A DNA stretch of 64,000 bases from Thiobacillus denitrificans (GTDB taxonomy: Bacteria > Pseudomonadota > Gammaproteobacteria > Burkholderiales > Thiobacillaceae), in assembly GCA_002424845.1 (NCBI GenBank), contig DILD01000028.1, positions 17,220 to 81,219 on the forward strand, read 5' to 3'. The translations under genes and the position numbers were made by a program. The stretch's first letter is position 1. Every line of letters starts with the position of its first letter. A model generated the notes under the pieces. It searched no databases. It was not told the DNA's origin and worked only from the letters and a program-made list of their open reading frames with translations. This document shows positions 9,397-21,082 of this stretch, piece by piece.

Positions 9397-9558
9397 CGGA
9401 CTTGAAACATAGACCAGGCGGCTGTCTTTTATGGTTTTCGTTTTGATTTATAAAGAAAAATTTTTCAGTTTAATTGTTCGCTCCACATTTTGAAAGCGCT
9501 GGCGGGACAACAAGATACACGCGATTTGTTGTGATTTAGAGACACCCTGCGTCTGTAA

Positions 9559-9571
9559 AATCAATTTTTTA
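9559..9571 (+). promoter_or_regulatory. Possible IHF site in AT-rich upstream region of lipoprotein gene
   Basis: AATCAA-TTTT-TTA matches WATCAANNNNTTR. Confidence 0.3.
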
Positions 9572-9684
9572 GTGGATTGTGGTTTTCTTTTGCCGATTTG
9601 CTAGAATCCGCGCGTCGGCTGGATCTCAAAAGTCCCGGACCGATTTATGGTGTGGGTTTTTATTTTCGTATAAAGGGAAATCAA

Positions 9685-9954
9685 ATGAAATATTCCGTCC
9701 TCCTGGCTGCTCTGCTGGCTGTTTCCATGACCGCTTGCGGCCAAAAAGAAGAAGCTGCCGCGCCTGCTGGCGAAGCTGCTGTCCAAGCCGGCGAAGCTGC
9801 TGTCCAAGCTGGCGAAGCTGCTGTCCAAGCTGGCGAAGCTGCTGCTGATGCTGCTGACGCTGCTGCTCCCGCTGCTGACGCTGCCGCCGCCGCCGCTGGC
9901 GAAGCGGCAACTGCTGCTGGCGCCGCTGCTGACGCTGCTGCTCCTGCCCAGTAA
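9685..9954 (+). CDS. Small Ala-rich lipoprotein
   Basis: MKYSVLLAALLAVSMTA-C lipobox, SD AAGGGA, AGEAAVQ repeats, followed by strong terminator. Confidence 0.85.
   Translation: MKYSVLLAALLAVSMTACGQKEEAAAPAGEAAVQAGEAAVQAGEAAVQAGEAAADAADAAAPAADAAAAAAGEAATAAGAAADAAAPAQ
9766..9843 (+). repeat. 21-bp coding tandem repeat x3.7 (AGEAAVQ)
   Basis: GCTGGCGAAGCTGCTGTCCAA units at 9766, 9787 (one T>C), 9808, partial 9829. Confidence 0.95.
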
Positions 9955-9973
9955 TTCCAGGGTAAGGAACGAG

Positions 9974-10000
9974 AAAACCGGCCTTCGGGCCGGTTTTTTT
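9974..10000. terminator. Bidirectional intrinsic terminator
   Basis: AAAACCGGCC-TTCG-GGCCGGTTTTTTT between convergent genes. Confidence 0.9.
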
Positions 10001-10030
10001 CCGCCTGCGTTTTTTGCTGAGTGACGCCCG

Positions 10031-11200
10031 TTATTTACCCAAAAATCCATCCAGCCGGGCAATGGCCTCAATCAGCCGTGTGAGCGGCTGGGTGTAGGCG
10101 ATGCGCAGATAGCGTTGTGGCTGATGCTGGCCAAAATCAAGGCCAGGCGTCACGGCCACGCCGACTTGCTCCAGCAGGGCTTGCGCGAATTGGAAGCTGT
10201 CGCCGGTGTGCGCACTGCAATCGGCGTACACATAAAATGCCCCCTGTGGTTGCGTGGGTATGACGAAGCCGCGTTCGCGCAGCGCAGGCAGCAGATAATC
10301 GCGGCGGTCGCGCAGTTCGGCCTTGCGGATTTCGAGTTCAGCCAGTGTGGCGGGAGAGAACGCCGCCAGCGCCGCGTGCTGCGCCGGCGTGGGAGCCGCC
10401 AGAAACAGGTTTTGCGCCAGCCGCTCCAGATCGGCCATGGCCCAGTCCGGCGCGACGAGCCAGCCTAGTCGCCAGCCCGTCATCTGGAAGTATTTGGAAA
10501 AGCTGTTGATGACGAATACATCATTCCAGCGCGCGGCGCTGTGTTCGCTACCATCGTAGGTGAGTGCCAGATAGATCTCATCGACAATCAGGGCTACGCC
10601 GCGTGTGGCGCACCACGCATGGATGCGTGCCAGTTCATGTGCCTCGATCACGGTGCCGGTTGGATTGGAAGGGCTGGCGATCAGCACGGCGCGGGTGGCA
10701 GGGCTGGCGTAACGCTCGATCAACTCCAGCGTGAGTTGGAAGCCGCTGGCGGCGTTGACCGGCACGCTGACTGCGCGGGCCTCGCAGAAACGTACAAAAT
10801 GCCGGTTGCAGGGGTAACCGGGATCGGCCACCAAGACTTCATCATCAGGGCCGGCTAACAGGCCCAGTGCCAGCAGTAGCGCGCCCGATGCGCCGGGCGT
10901 GACAATGACGCGTCTGGGCTCGACCGTGGCTTGCCAGCGTGTTGTATAAAAAACGGCAATGGCTTCACGCAGGGCTGGCAGGCCAAGCGCGCTGGTGTAA
11001 TGCGTGTGGCCGGCACGCAACGCGGCAACGCCGGCCTCGACGATGGGCGCAGGTGAGGCGAAATCGGGTTCGCCGATTTCGAGATGGATGATGTCGCGTC
11101 CGGCAGCTTCCAGCGTCTGCGCACGCGCCAGGATATCCATCACATGGAACGGCGCGATGCCGGCCATTCGGGCTGCAGTGTATGGCTTAAGCGTGCGCAT
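10031..11200 (-). CDS. PLP-dependent aminotransferase class I/II
   Basis: IGEPDF, SPSNPTG, VDEIY, NSFSKYFQMTGWRLGW. Confidence 0.93.
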   Translation of the reverse strand: MRTLKPYTAARMAGIAPFHVMDILARAQTLEAAGRDIIHLEIGEPDFASPAPIVEAGVAALRAGHTHYTSALGLPALREAIAVFYTTRWQATVEPRRVIVTPGASGALLLALGLLAGPDDEVLVADPGYPCNRHFVRFCEARAVSVPVNAASGFQLTLELIERYASPATRAVLIASPSNPTGTVIEAHELARIHAWCATRGVALIVDEIYLALTYDGSEHSAARWNDVFVINSFSKYFQMTGWRLGWLVAPDWAMADLERLAQNLFLAAPTPAQHAALAAFSPATLAELEIRKAELRDRRDYLLPALRERGFVIPTQPQGAFYVYADCSAHTGDSFQFAQALLEQVGVAVTPGLDFGQHQPQRYLRIAYTQPLTRLIEAIARLDGFLGK

Positions 11201-11966
11201 GGGCTTTTAGTCGCCCCAACGGGTGCTGACGATAGAACCGCTGCAGCTGCCTGTAAACGGCGGGATACTCCATGTGGAGAATATGGGGTGTCTCGAAGAA
11301 CACTTCGGTCAGCACGGCAAAGAACTCCGCAGGGTTGGCGGTCGCGTAGGGGTCGATGGCTGTGTCCTCACCTGCATCGACACGTCTGCACAAGTTCTCA
11401 TAGGCTGAATTGAAGTCGTGTGCCCAACTGGCAGCATCCATGTCGCGATGAAGTGGCGGAAACCCGTTTGCGTCACCGTTCAGCATGTCGAGCTTGTGGG
11501 AAAACTCATGCAGCACGACGTTAAAGCCATCAGCCTTACCGCTTGCGACTACATCTGCAATCGACAGCACCAGGGGACCGCCATGCCATGACTCGCCTGT
11601 CAGGATATCGCGCGAGTGATGCACGACGCCGGCTTCGTCCATTTCCTCGTGCTGACGCAGAAACTCATCGGGATAGAGGATGATTTCGCTCCAGCCGTGG
11701 TAGCTGTCTTCGGAAAGATTGAGCGTCAACAGGCAGGCCTGCAGGGCAATGAGGTGCTGGATGGTTTCATTGACATCGGCACCACCGGCAGCAGAAAACG
11801 CTTTGTCATGGATCAGCAGACTCGCCTGTTCCCTGAGCCGTGCCTGTTCTTCGGGCGAGAGTCCTTGCAGGATGGGCAGATCGGCAACAGTTGTTGTAAA
11901 CGCGGCATGTGGGATGAGGTGTCGTTCGAGAATGCGTTTACGACGCCAGCGGTGGAACCAGTTCAT
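11187..11966 (-). CDS. MtfA-like zinc peptidase (M90)
   Basis: GESW, NVVLHEFSHKLD, DPYATANPAEFFAV. Confidence 0.88.
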   Translation of the reverse strand: MNWFHRWRRKRILERHLIPHAAFTTTVADLPILQGLSPEEQARLREQASLLIHDKAFSAAGGADVNETIQHLIALQACLLTLNLSEDSYHGWSEIILYPDEFLRQHEEMDEAGVVHHSRDILTGESWHGGPLVLSIADVVASGKADGFNVVLHEFSHKLDMLNGDANGFPPLHRDMDAASWAHDFNSAYENLCRRVDAGEDTAIDPYATANPAEFFAVLTEVFFETPHILHMEYPAVYRQLQRFYRQHPLGRLKAHAHA

Positions 11967-11973
11967 GTCGGAA

Positions 11974-13266
11974 TCATTCGTCGGTGTCGAGCAGACGCGT
12001 ACTGGTTAGCTCGGGATGTTCGAGCTCGACCCGCTCGATCTGCTGGAAGCGGCGGCTGATCTTGTCGCTGGATATGCGCACCTCGCCCACATCCTTGCTG
12101 GCCTGCTCGATGTGGCTGGCGAGTTTTTTCATGCGATCGTCGAAGCGCGCGAAATCCTTCGCCAGCTTGCCGAGTTCGTCCTTGATCACGTGCGCCATGC
12201 GTCGCGTTTCGGAATCGCGGATCACTGCGCGAGCGGTGTTCAGCACGGCCATTAGCGTGGTGGGCGAGGTGAGCCAGACGCGCTTCTTCTGCGCGTGCTC
12301 GACGAGATCCGGGTGGTAAGCGTGGATTTCCGCGAACACGGCTTCGGCTGGCAGGAACATCACTGCGCCGTCCGAGGTTTCGCCTGCGACGATGTATTTG
12401 GCGGCGATGTCATCGACGTGTTTTTTGACGTCGGCTTTGAACTGCCGCTTGGCCGCATCGCGCTCGGCCGCCGGCAGGCTGTCGTCGAACATGCGGCTGT
12501 AGTTTTCCAGCGGGAACTTGGAATCGACGCACACGGTGCCGGTCGGCTCAGGCAGGATCAGCACGCAGTCGGCGCGCGCGCCGCTTTTCAGGGTGTGCTG
12601 GAAGGCGTAGGCATCGGGCGGCAGGCTGTTCCGCACTAGGGCTTCCAGCTGAACCTCGCCGAATGCGCCGCGCGAGCGCTTGTCGCCCAATATCTCCTGC
12701 AGCGACACGACGTTGGACGCCAGTCCCTCGATCTTCTTCTGTGCCTCGTCGATCACCGCCAGCCGAGACATCACCGAGGTAAAGGTCTCGTTGGTTTTTT
12801 TGAAGCCTTCGTCGAGCCGCTCGGCGACCTTGCCGGAGATTTCGTTGAGCCGGCCATCGACTGTTTGCGACAGCTGCTGTACGCGCTCGTTGAAGTGGGT
12901 GGTCATGCCTTTCAGCGTGTCCTGTAGCAGGCTCTGCTCGGCGCGCCCCTGCTCGATCAGTTTTTCCAGCATGGCAGTCTGAAACTGGCCGAACTGGCCG
13001 GTGACGGTTTCGCGCGTTTCAGCCAGCCGTTCGGTCTGCGCGACCTGTAGAGCAGAGAGTTGGGCCTGCATACGGTCGGACTGCAGCGACAATCCTGCGT
13101 GCAAATCGGTCAGCACGGCACGGTGATGGGTTTCCATGTCCTGCACCAGCAGTGAGGGCAGCTTGGTTTGCTCCCGACGCAGCGCGCCGAGCCGTAGTAG
13201 CAGCAAGGCAACCAGAAGGATGAGGACGGCAAGGCCGGTGAGGAGGCCGATTTCGATGGAAGACAT
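11974..13266 (-). CDS. rmuC: DNA recombination protein RmuC
   Basis: N-terminal TM, coiled coil, RGAFGEVQL, VDSKFP, MFLPAEA, SPTTL. Confidence 0.92.
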   Translation of the reverse strand: MSSIEIGLLTGLAVLILLVALLLLRLGALRREQTKLPSLLVQDMETHHRAVLTDLHAGLSLQSDRMQAQLSALQVAQTERLAETRETVTGQFGQFQTAMLEKLIEQGRAEQSLLQDTLKGMTTHFNERVQQLSQTVDGRLNEISGKVAERLDEGFKKTNETFTSVMSRLAVIDEAQKKIEGLASNVVSLQEILGDKRSRGAFGEVQLEALVRNSLPPDAYAFQHTLKSGARADCVLILPEPTGTVCVDSKFPLENYSRMFDDSLPAAERDAAKRQFKADVKKHVDDIAAKYIVAGETSDGAVMFLPAEAVFAEIHAYHPDLVEHAQKKRVWLTSPTTLMAVLNTARAVIRDSETRRMAHVIKDELGKLAKDFARFDDRMKKLASHIEQASKDVGEVRISSDKISRRFQQIERVELEHPELTSTRLLDTDE

Positions 13267-13363
13267 GGGTGGATTATACGGCGGTGTCTAAAAAGCTTGG
13301 CGCAGCACAGGCTGCCGTTCGTAGGGGAATATCGTTATGCTTGCGACGAAAAAGGGGGATAAG

Positions 13364-14011
13364 GTGAGGCTGTTCATCTGGGCTGTTTTTCTCGCGGTAA
13401 CGGCGTTTATTGTCCAACATTACTGGCGCAAGCTGGCGTTGCAACACCGGCTGGACGCGATCCGTGCGTTTCCTTTCCCGCAATCAGTGAGAATGAAATT
13501 CCGTGATGTGCGCCCCGATCTGGATTCGGCGCAGGAGCAGCGGGTATTCGAGGGCTTGCGCGACTATTTCACTATGTGCGCGCAAGCGCAGGGACGCTTT
13601 GTTTCGATGCCGTCGCAGGTTGCGGACGATGCCTGGCATGCGTTTATCCTGCACACGCGCTACTACCAGGATTTCTGCAACAAGGCGTTCGGTCGTTTTC
13701 TACATCACACTCCCGCCGAGGCCATGAGTTCACAGACACAGGCGACCGAAGGTATCCGGCGCGCCTGGCGGCTGGCTTGTGCGCTGGAGAAAATCAACCC
13801 AAAGCAGCCGGAGCGGTTGCCGCGTTTATTTGCACTGGACGGTGCGCTGAATATCCTGAATGGCTTTCACTATGACACGCGATGCACGCCAGGGTCGGGA
13901 AGCTACTGTGCCAGCCATATCGGCTGTGGTTCGGGCTGTGGCGGTGGAAGTGTGTCGGGTAGTACGGATGGCAGTTGCGGGGGAGGCGGCTGCGGTGGGG
14001 GAGGCGATTAG
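13364..14011 (+). CDS. Glycine-rich-domain (GRDP-like) protein with N-terminal TM and Cys/Gly tail
   Basis: PSQVADDAWHAFILHTRYYQDFC...FLHHTP; tail GCGSGCGGG...SCGGGGCGGGGD; GTG 13364 after SD. Confidence 0.75.
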   Translation: MRLFIWAVFLAVTAFIVQHYWRKLALQHRLDAIRAFPFPQSVRMKFRDVRPDLDSAQEQRVFEGLRDYFTMCAQAQGRFVSMPSQVADDAWHAFILHTRYYQDFCNKAFGRFLHHTPAEAMSSQTQATEGIRRAWRLACALEKINPKQPERLPRLFALDGALNILNGFHYDTRCTPGSGSYCASHIGCGSGCGGGSVSGSTDGSCGGGGCGGGGD

Positions 14012-14060
14012 GCCGGTTTCCCGGAAACGTGTGGAAGGGTCTTCGGGGCGTCGTATACAT

Positions 14061-14085
14061 AAAAAACCCGGCTCACGCCGGGTTT
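14061..14085 (-). terminator. Intrinsic terminator of typA (possibly bidirectional)
   Basis: AAAAAACCCGGC-TCAC-GCCGGGTTT. Confidence 0.8.
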
Positions 14086-14098
14086 GAATGTTGCAGGC

Positions 14099-15931
<1,833 letters not shown>

Positions 15932-15960
15932 GATGGAGGCCGGATTGCGGGAAACCCAGC

Positions 15961-15969
15961 ATTATAACA
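15961..15969 (-). promoter_or_regulatory. Extended -10 promoter of typA
   Basis: TGTTATAAT on minus strand, 30 bp upstream of ATG. Confidence 0.45.
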
Positions 15970-15984
15970 GGGTTTTCTGACTAT

Positions 15985-17241
15985 TTATTGTGCAAGGGGG
16001 TGTGCCGCCAATCGGGTGTCGATACGCGCAATTATCTGCTGATAACGCGTGCCGCCGATGGGGCCGAAACGGCGGTCGAATTCGGTTTGGGGCATGAATT
16101 CGGGAAGATCGCGAAAATCCGGCAGCAAGTCGGCATCTCGTTTTGCTGCGGCCAGATTTGCCTGTACGCGTGCAGCGGCTTTGCCGGTGGCGAGTTTGCC
16201 GAGTTGTACCCCGGCACGGTTGGCGGCCAGATCGGTAAAACTGAACCCCGATCCCTTGCTGGCATCTTCCTCTTCCTTGAGCAAACCGATGGCGCTGGCT
16301 AGACGGCTGCCACCATTGACGGCGATCGCCGCGGAAATGATGAAATGTTCGGCAAAGTCGCGACGGCCGTGAAGCGATAGCAGTACGCGAGGTGCACGGC
16401 GGATTGACTGGCTGTCTTCGTCCAGTAGTTTCGACAGGCTGATGCCGGAAAGATAGGCGGCAAGGGCAGTGAGTGCCGCACGGTTTTCCTCCTGGGCATG
16501 GTCTCCAAGTTGCTGTGCGCGGGCGAACAGCGGCGCAACAACCTGCACCAGTGGCACAGTGCTGCCGTGGGGGTGGGGTTTCAGCAGGGCGTCCAGCTGT
16601 CTGGCGTAGGCCAGCATCCGCTCCTGATCTTCTGATGAGATCAGCAATTCGGCACTCTTGCGTTCCAGTTGGGTGAGCAACTCCGGGTGCCAACGGTAAT
16701 CCAGCGTCGCCTGATTCTCATCGAAATTGACTTGTGCAAAAGCATCGGCCAGCGTGGCATAGGTTTCATCGCGACGTAGCCAGCGATGAGCAAGGTGGGC
16801 CATGCCATCTGCAAGAACGCCCGGTAGCGGCATGCTGCCCAACTGTAGGCTGACGATGCGGATGCCGCCGGGAGCTTCGGCGACCTCGGCGGAAAGGTTG
16901 AGATGGCTGCCAAATGGGTTGGGTGGCATGGACAGGGTCGCGGTAAGCGTTGCTGTGCCGGGCGTGAGTTCTGCTGCGATGCCGCTGACCTGGTTCAATT
17001 CAACGGCGTAATTGAGCAGACGATTGAGTTCGAATTCGTCGAGCTGGATGCTGTGGATAACGTCAGGCGCCTGACGACGCGGGTCATGTTTCTGGAATAG
17101 CATTTTGACCCATGCCAGGTCGGTACGGCGGAATTCAGCGGGAGGTTCGATTGCCGGCGCATTGTCCAACATCAGCCACGGCAGCACGGTGAATGCAGCC
17201 AGCAACGAAACCAGAAGGCCCCAACCAATAAGCCGTTTCAT
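15985..17241 (-). CDS. Membrane-anchored hypothetical protein with YfiM/VanZ-like C-terminal motifs
   Basis: N-terminal TM; DFAEHFIISAA, GLLKEEED, GSGFSFTDLAANRAG. Confidence 0.7.
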   Translation of the reverse strand: MKRLIGWGLLVSLLAAFTVLPWLMLDNAPAIEPPAEFRRTDLAWVKMLFQKHDPRRQAPDVIHSIQLDEFELNRLLNYAVELNQVSGIAAELTPGTATLTATLSMPPNPFGSHLNLSAEVAEAPGGIRIVSLQLGSMPLPGVLADGMAHLAHRWLRRDETYATLADAFAQVNFDENQATLDYRWHPELLTQLERKSAELLISSEDQERMLAYARQLDALLKPHPHGSTVPLVQVVAPLFARAQQLGDHAQEENRAALTALAAYLSGISLSKLLDEDSQSIRRAPRVLLSLHGRRDFAEHFIISAAIAVNGGSRLASAIGLLKEEEDASKGSGFSFTDLAANRAGVQLGKLATGKAAARVQANLAAAKRDADLLPDFRDLPEFMPQTEFDRRFGPIGGTRYQQIIARIDTRLAAHPLAQ

Positions 17242-17242
17242 T

Positions 17243-17623
17243 TCATTCCGGCTGGTTGCGCATAAAATCGGCGGTCTTGAAAAACGCAGCGCTCAATTCC
17301 TGCTGCATCGCGGAATCCACCCCCATGTCCTGCATGGCACGGATCATGCAGCCCATCCATTGATCCCGTTCGCTTTCCCCGATGACAAACGGCATATGAC
17401 GGCGGCGCAGGAAAGGATGGCCAAAGCGGTCGACATATTCTTGCGGGCCGCCGGTCCAACCGGAAAGGAACCAGGCCAATTTGTTGCGCGATTCAGTCAG
17501 ATCGGCCGGATGCAGCTTGCGAATGCCGTAGTAATCGGGGTCTTCATCCATCAGGTCGTAAAAGCGGTCAACAAGCTTGCGGATTATTTCGCCGCCACCA
17601 AGGCGTTCATAGTGGGTTTGCAT
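17243..17623 (-). CDS. Group II truncated hemoglobin (trHbO)
   Basis: YERLGG, VDRFYDLM, GWTGGPQEY, GHPFLRRRHMPF, ERDQW. Confidence 0.92.
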   Translation of the reverse strand: MQTHYERLGGGEIIRKLVDRFYDLMDEDPDYYGIRKLHPADLTESRNKLAWFLSGWTGGPQEYVDRFGHPFLRRRHMPFVIGESERDQWMGCMIRAMQDMGVDSAMQQELSAAFFKTADFMRNQPE

Positions 17624-17625
17624 GA

Positions 17626-18822
17626 TCAGGCTTTCACGGGCTTTACGGTGGCTGATGCTGCCTTGGCCCGCCGCCTCGCCTCATCCGTGTCTGGACCGCT
17701 GGAAAGTGCCACTCCCATGCGGCGGCGAGGGAAGGCCTGTGGTTTTCCAAATAGCCGAAGATCAACACCGGGTATCCTCAAGGCATCTGCAACACCGTTA
17801 AAGGCAATTCCAGTGGCGTCCATTCCGCCATAGATTACGGCCGATGCCCCCGGCTCGCGCAAGCTGACATCGACAGGCAGGCCAAGGATGGCACGTGCGT
17901 GCAACTCGAATTCGTTTTGTCGTTGAGTGGCCATCGTTACCATTCCCGTGTCGTGGGGCCTCGGACTGACCTCGGAAAACCAAACCGTATCGCCTTTGAC
18001 AAACAGTTCCACGCCGAAAATTCCACGTCCGCCAAGATTGCCCGTGACGGCAGCTGCAATTTCCTGAGCGCGGGCCCGTGCCGCAACGGACATTGATTGC
18101 GGTTGCCAGGATTCGACGTAATCGCCTTTTACCTGCACATGGCCTATCGGCTCACAAAAGTGGGTTTCGATCATGTCGTTTGAGCCGATGGCGCGCACGG
18201 TTAGCAGCGTGATTTCATAATCAAAGTCGATTACCCCCTCGACGATTACACGCCCCTTGTTTATCCGCCCACCGCTAGCTGCATCATCCCACGCAGCCTG
18301 CAACTGGCTGGCATGGTCTATCCGTGACTGACCCTTGCCCGATGATGACATCACTGGTTTGACGATTACGGGATAACCCAGTTTGTTCGCCGCATCGGTC
18401 ATCTCGGACAAGCTGTCGGCAAACACATAGGGGGAGGTCGGCAGGCCAAGCGTTTCTGCTGCCAGCCTGCGGATGCCTTCGCGGTTCATGGTGAGATTGG
18501 CGGCACGCGCGGTCGGAATGACTTCCGCCAGGCCCGCCGCTTCGATTTCAAGCAGCACTTCGGTAGCGATGGCCTCGATTTCAGGCACCACCAACAGGGG
18601 CTTTTCTGTTTCGATCAGTGCGCGCAGAGCCGAACTGTCGCTCATGTCGGTTACATAGGCGCGGTGCGCCACCTGGTGCCCCGGGGCATTGGCATAGCGA
18701 TCCACGGCAATGACCTCCACCCCCAGCCGTTGCAGGGCGATGATGACTTCCTTGCCGAGTTCGCCCGCGCCCAGCAGCATGACACGGGTGGCGGACGGGG
18801 AGAGCGGGGTGCCGAGACGCAT
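17626..18822 (-). CDS. purT: Formate-dependent phosphoribosylglycinamide formyltransferase
   Basis: [39 protein letters not shown]. Confidence 0.97.
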   Translation of the reverse strand: MRLGTPLSPSATRVMLLGAGELGKEVIIALQRLGVEVIAVDRYANAPGHQVAHRAYVTDMSDSSALRALIETEKPLLVVPEIEAIATEVLLEIEAAGLAEVIPTARAANLTMNREGIRRLAAETLGLPTSPYVFADSLSEMTDAANKLGYPVIVKPVMSSSGKGQSRIDHASQLQAAWDDAASGGRINKGRVIVEGVIDFDYEITLLTVRAIGSNDMIETHFCEPIGHVQVKGDYVESWQPQSMSVAARARAQEIAAAVTGNLGGRGIFGVELFVKGDTVWFSEVSPRPHDTGMVTMATQRQNEFELHARAILGLPVDVSLREPGASAVIYGGMDATGIAFNGVADALRIPGVDLRLFGKPQAFPRRRMGVALSSGPDTDEARRRAKAASATVKPVKA

Positions 18823-18864
18823 GGCCGAATCCTGAACGATCGAAGAAGTAATTTTACAGTGGCT

Positions 18865-20447
18865 TTAGAGATGTTTTTCGATCGGTAGCGCCTGCAGGAT
18901 ACGCAGCAGGCTGCGCTGGATGAAGGTGGTTTCGGGTTCGTGTCGGATATGCGCTCGATCCCTTGATGGATGTCATGCCACTGCAAGCGGCTGTTCACTG
19001 GGGCTTCACCGGGCCTGATAACGAGCTGAGGCCGATAGCTGCGCTCGGGACGCATCGCATCCTCAGCCATTGCTGTCACTTGGCGCGCAAGTTCTGGTGA
19101 ATGAATGACCAGCCCCATTTCGGTATTGAGCAGGGTTGAGCGCGGGTCGAAATTGAAGCTGCCGATGAACACGCGGATATCGTCCAGAACAAAGGTCTTT
19201 GCGTGCAGGCTGGCCTGAGACGAGCCGCTGCCAAGGTCGCGCAGGCGCCCACCGATGGGTTCGGCAACTGGTTTGAGCTCATACAGGCTGATGCCGGATT
19301 CCAGTAGCGGAATCCGGTAATTCGCGTAACCAGCGTGCACCACGGGCACATCACTTGCCGCATAGGAGTTGGTCAGAATATCGATTTGCACGCCTTGATG
19401 GCGCCAATAGCGAAAATAAGCCATGCCGAATGCGCCGGGGACAAAATAGGGGGACACGATGAGCAACCGTTGTCTGGGGTCTACCCACAGTCCGGCCAGT
19501 TGACCCAGTAGTAGCCTGGATGGGGATTTGTCCGGATTGCGCACCTTTTCCGGAGGGTCAGCAATGAGGTCGGCGTGCGCGATATGCCAGGGAATCTGTC
19601 CTGACAGCAGTTTTGGGATCGGGTCTGCCATCTCCAATGCCCGGCCGTATTCGCTGTCGAGTTGCTGTTTGCGGTGTTGTACGAGGAAGGCGGTTGCGCG
19701 GCTTAGGCGCGCGGCGCTGGCCGTGACCGGGAGCGCAGAGGCGGGTACTGCGGATTCGTTGTTCCAGTATTGGTCGAACGAACTCGAAAAATCGCCAACG
19801 ATCGCGCCGGCTGCGATAACGTCGAGATCGAGGAAAGTGAGATCGTGGTGGGCGTCGAAATATTCGTCTCCGATGTTGCGGCCACCGGTGATTCCGACCT
19901 GATTGTCTGCGATGAAGGCCTTGTTGTGCATCCGGCGGTTGAGGCGAACCTTGTCACGCAGTGCTTGCCATCCCTTGACCAGCAGATTGGTACTGCGGGT
20001 GTGGAAGGGGTTAAACAAGCGTACTTCAATATTGGGGTGGGCATTTAACGTGACCAGGCGTAATTCTTTATTGGCGGTGTCGATATCGTCGATCAACAGG
20101 CGCACGCGAACGCCGCGTTCAGCAGCCGTAAGCAGCGCTTCAGCAACCAGCTTGCCTGTGGTGTCGTTGTGAAACAGGTAATACTGCACGTCTAGCGTGC
20201 GGGTGGCTCGCTGAGCCAGTGACAATCTGGCAGCGAGGGCGGCATGACCGCCGTGGAGCAGGTGAAAGCCGGATTTGCCTGATGGGATGCCCGTCGCGCG
20301 TTGCGCTTTGAGCGGCGTTTCGGCCTGGTTTGAGAGAGCGTATGAGCGGGGGCGTTCGGTATCGAGCCTGAGCGTGGATGCGCAGCCTGAAATTGCCAGA
20401 AGCCCTGTTAAAGCAAGGGCCGCGGCCAGGTTAGACGATATTCCCAT
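18865..20447 (-). pseudogene. Phospholipase D family lipoprotein (ClsC/YmdC-like) with apparent 1-bp deletion near 18940
   Basis: Lipobox ISGC, two HKD motifs (HNKAFIAD, HAKTFVLD); family-type C-terminus EPETTFIQRSLLRILQALPIEKHL* lies in a shifted frame ending at 18865; as assembled the ORF runs to 18651. Confidence 0.75.
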
Positions 20448-20991
20448 CGAGACGTCGCCAGGCGAAATGAGGCCCGGGATCCGTTTTCCGGCCTGGCGCG
20501 ATATCGCTGTGGCCGACCACGGCCTGGATCGGGTAGGCCTGTTTCAACAGGTTGATCAGCGTGTTCAGGGTTGTGTATTGTGAGTCGTTGAAAGGCAGGT
20601 CGTCGGCTCCCTCAAGTTCGATGCCAATGGAAAAATCATTGCAGCGATCGCGTTCCTGCCAACTCGATATACCTGCGTGCCATGCGCGCAACGTGCATGG
20701 CACGAACTGGATCAGGGTACCGTCGCGACGAATGAAGAAATGTGACGAAACCTTGAGGCCGCGAATACGCTGGTAATACGGGTGTGCATCCCAATCGAGC
20801 CGGTTGGTGAACAGGTCGATCACCGCATCACCCTCGAATACGCCTGGCGGCAGCGAAATGTTGTGGATGACGATGAGTTCGGGCGGCATGTCTTCCGGAC
20901 GGGCATCGCAATTGGGCGATGGCACCTGCTGGGCGGCGGACAGCCAGCCAGGGGCATCGAAGACGTCGGGGCGGGGCGCTGAAATCGACAT
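20431..20991 (-). CDS. ampD: 1,6-anhydro-N-acetylmuramyl-L-alanine amidase
   Basis: SPNCDARP, IHNISLPPG, RAWHAG, NDFSIGIELEG, GHSDIAPGRKTDPG. Confidence 0.96.
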   Translation of the reverse strand: MSISAPRPDVFDAPGWLSAAQQVPSPNCDARPEDMPPELIVIHNISLPPGVFEGDAVIDLFTNRLDWDAHPYYQRIRGLKVSSHFFIRRDGTLIQFVPCTLRAWHAGISSWQERDRCNDFSIGIELEGADDLPFNDSQYTTLNTLINLLKQAYPIQAVVGHSDIAPGRKTDPGPHFAWRRLDGNIV

Positions 20992-21082
20992 GAGGCAAGC
21001 TTACTCGACCTGCCTGAACTCTGGAAACATTGACCTTCAGGCCTTAGACTGCCGGCTTTTATTGATTTCACCGCTTTTCATC

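Noticed and set aside
9766-9843. Short direct repeats as a CRISPR array
   Set aside because: Contiguous in-frame 21-bp units with no spacers and no cas genes
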